A DNA stretch of 63,097 bases, the filler included, from Chiloscyllium plagiosum (Eukaryota), in assembly GCF_004010195.1 (NCBI RefSeq). It is 7 parts of 7 records of this genome, joined end to end, with 100 filler letters (N's around TTAATTAATTAA, not from the genome) between each part and the next. Parts side by side here need not be neighbours in the genome. Positions count along the whole stretch, not along the records: positions 61,742 to 63,097 come from NC_057753.1; 6 more parts are not named here. One strand, 5' to 3'. Under the pieces are notes generated by a model. That model worked only from the letters and a program-made list of their open reading frames with translations. It did not search any database and was not told the DNA's origin. Made by a program: the position numbers and the translations under genes. Positions 62,307-63,097 of this stretch are shown here, piece by piece. Numbering within the stretch: position 1 is the stretch's first letter; each line of letters starts with the position of its first letter.

Positions 62307-62910
62307 AGCGGCACGATGGCTCAGTGATTGGCACTGCTGCCTCACGGCACTAGGGTCCCTGGTTCGATCCCAGCCTCGGGCAACTGTGTGGAGTTTGCAC
62401 ATTCTCCCACCCCGTGTCTGCGTGGGTTTCCTCCGGGTTCTCCGGTTTCCTCCCAGAACCAAAGCTGTGCAGGTTAGGGTGGATTAAGCATGCTAAATTA
62501 CCCATAGTGTCCAGGGATGTGTAGGTTAGCATGAATTGGCCATGCTAAATTACCCATAGTGTTCAGGGATGTATAGGTTAGCATGGATTTACTATGCTAA
62601 ATTGCTCATAGTGTCCAGGGATGTGCAGGTTAGAGTGAATTGGCCGTGCTAAATTACCTGTAGTATTCAGGGATGTCTAGGTTAGAGTGGATTGGCTCTG
62701 CCAAATTACCCATAGAGCCCAGGGATGTGTACTTTAGGGTGGACTGGCCACGCTAAGTTCCTCATAGTGTTCGGGGATGTGTAGGTTCGGGTGGATTAGT
62801 CAGGGGTAAATGTAGGATAGTAGGGTAAGGGAATGGGTCTGGGTGGGTTTCTCTTTGGAGGGCCAGTGTGAAATCGTTGGGCCGAAGGGTCTGTTACTAC
62901 AATGGAGGGA
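62307..62910 (+). mobile_element. HE1-type SINE with internally expanded approximately 52-bp tandem unit
   Basis: A-box TGGCTCAGTG and B-box GGTTCGATCC, then about 7 repeats of gatgtgcaggttag...ccatgctaaattacccatagtgtccagg, then the normal tail. Confidence 0.8.
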
Positions 62911-63097
62911 TCGTCCCATTATCTTCACATCTGCCCCCTACCCTAATCTCCCTCCATTTATACCACAATCTCCCTCCATTTACTCTCAATCACCCTTAAT
63001 CGTCTTCCACCTCCCACCAATAACCCCCCTTCCCATTTTCCTCATTTCTCCCAATCCCTTCTCCATCTCCCATACCTCCCTCTTCCCCTCCCCATAT

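Overview
Eukaryotic DNA from a shark. HE1-type SINEs, CR1/HER1 LINE tails and nurse/horn-shark-like Ig sequences suggest an orectolobiform such as a bamboo shark (inference). The window is not one contiguous locus. Seven scaffolds are joined by six artificial 100-bp spacers (44 N + TTAATTAATTAA + 44 N) at 28576, 44182, 47109, 50131, 60292 and 61642. Six of the seven pieces carry immune genes or gene segments. (1) An apparently intact four-exon B7/butyrophilin-family gene (leader-IgV-IgC-TM) that lacks the IgV F-strand Cys and has almost no cytoplasmic tail; upstream of it lies a full-length Gmr1-type Gypsy LTR element. (2) A nonclassical MHC class I pseudogene lacking both alpha-2 cysteines, plus an opposite-strand S-X-Y promoter and leader exon. 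(3) An unrearranged NAR-TCR-like L-V-D-J cassette with 23/12/12/23 RSSs. (4) An Ig kappa-type C pseudo-exon. (5) A 46-bp satellite followed by an IgM-type L-V-D1 cluster whose D2 is already fused to J. (6) An IgM CH4-secretory exon. The remainder is SINE, LINE and Penelope debris, including minimal hammerhead-ribozyme motifs. All calls were made by eye and from recalled family motifs; no database searches were run, and repeat boundaries are approximate.
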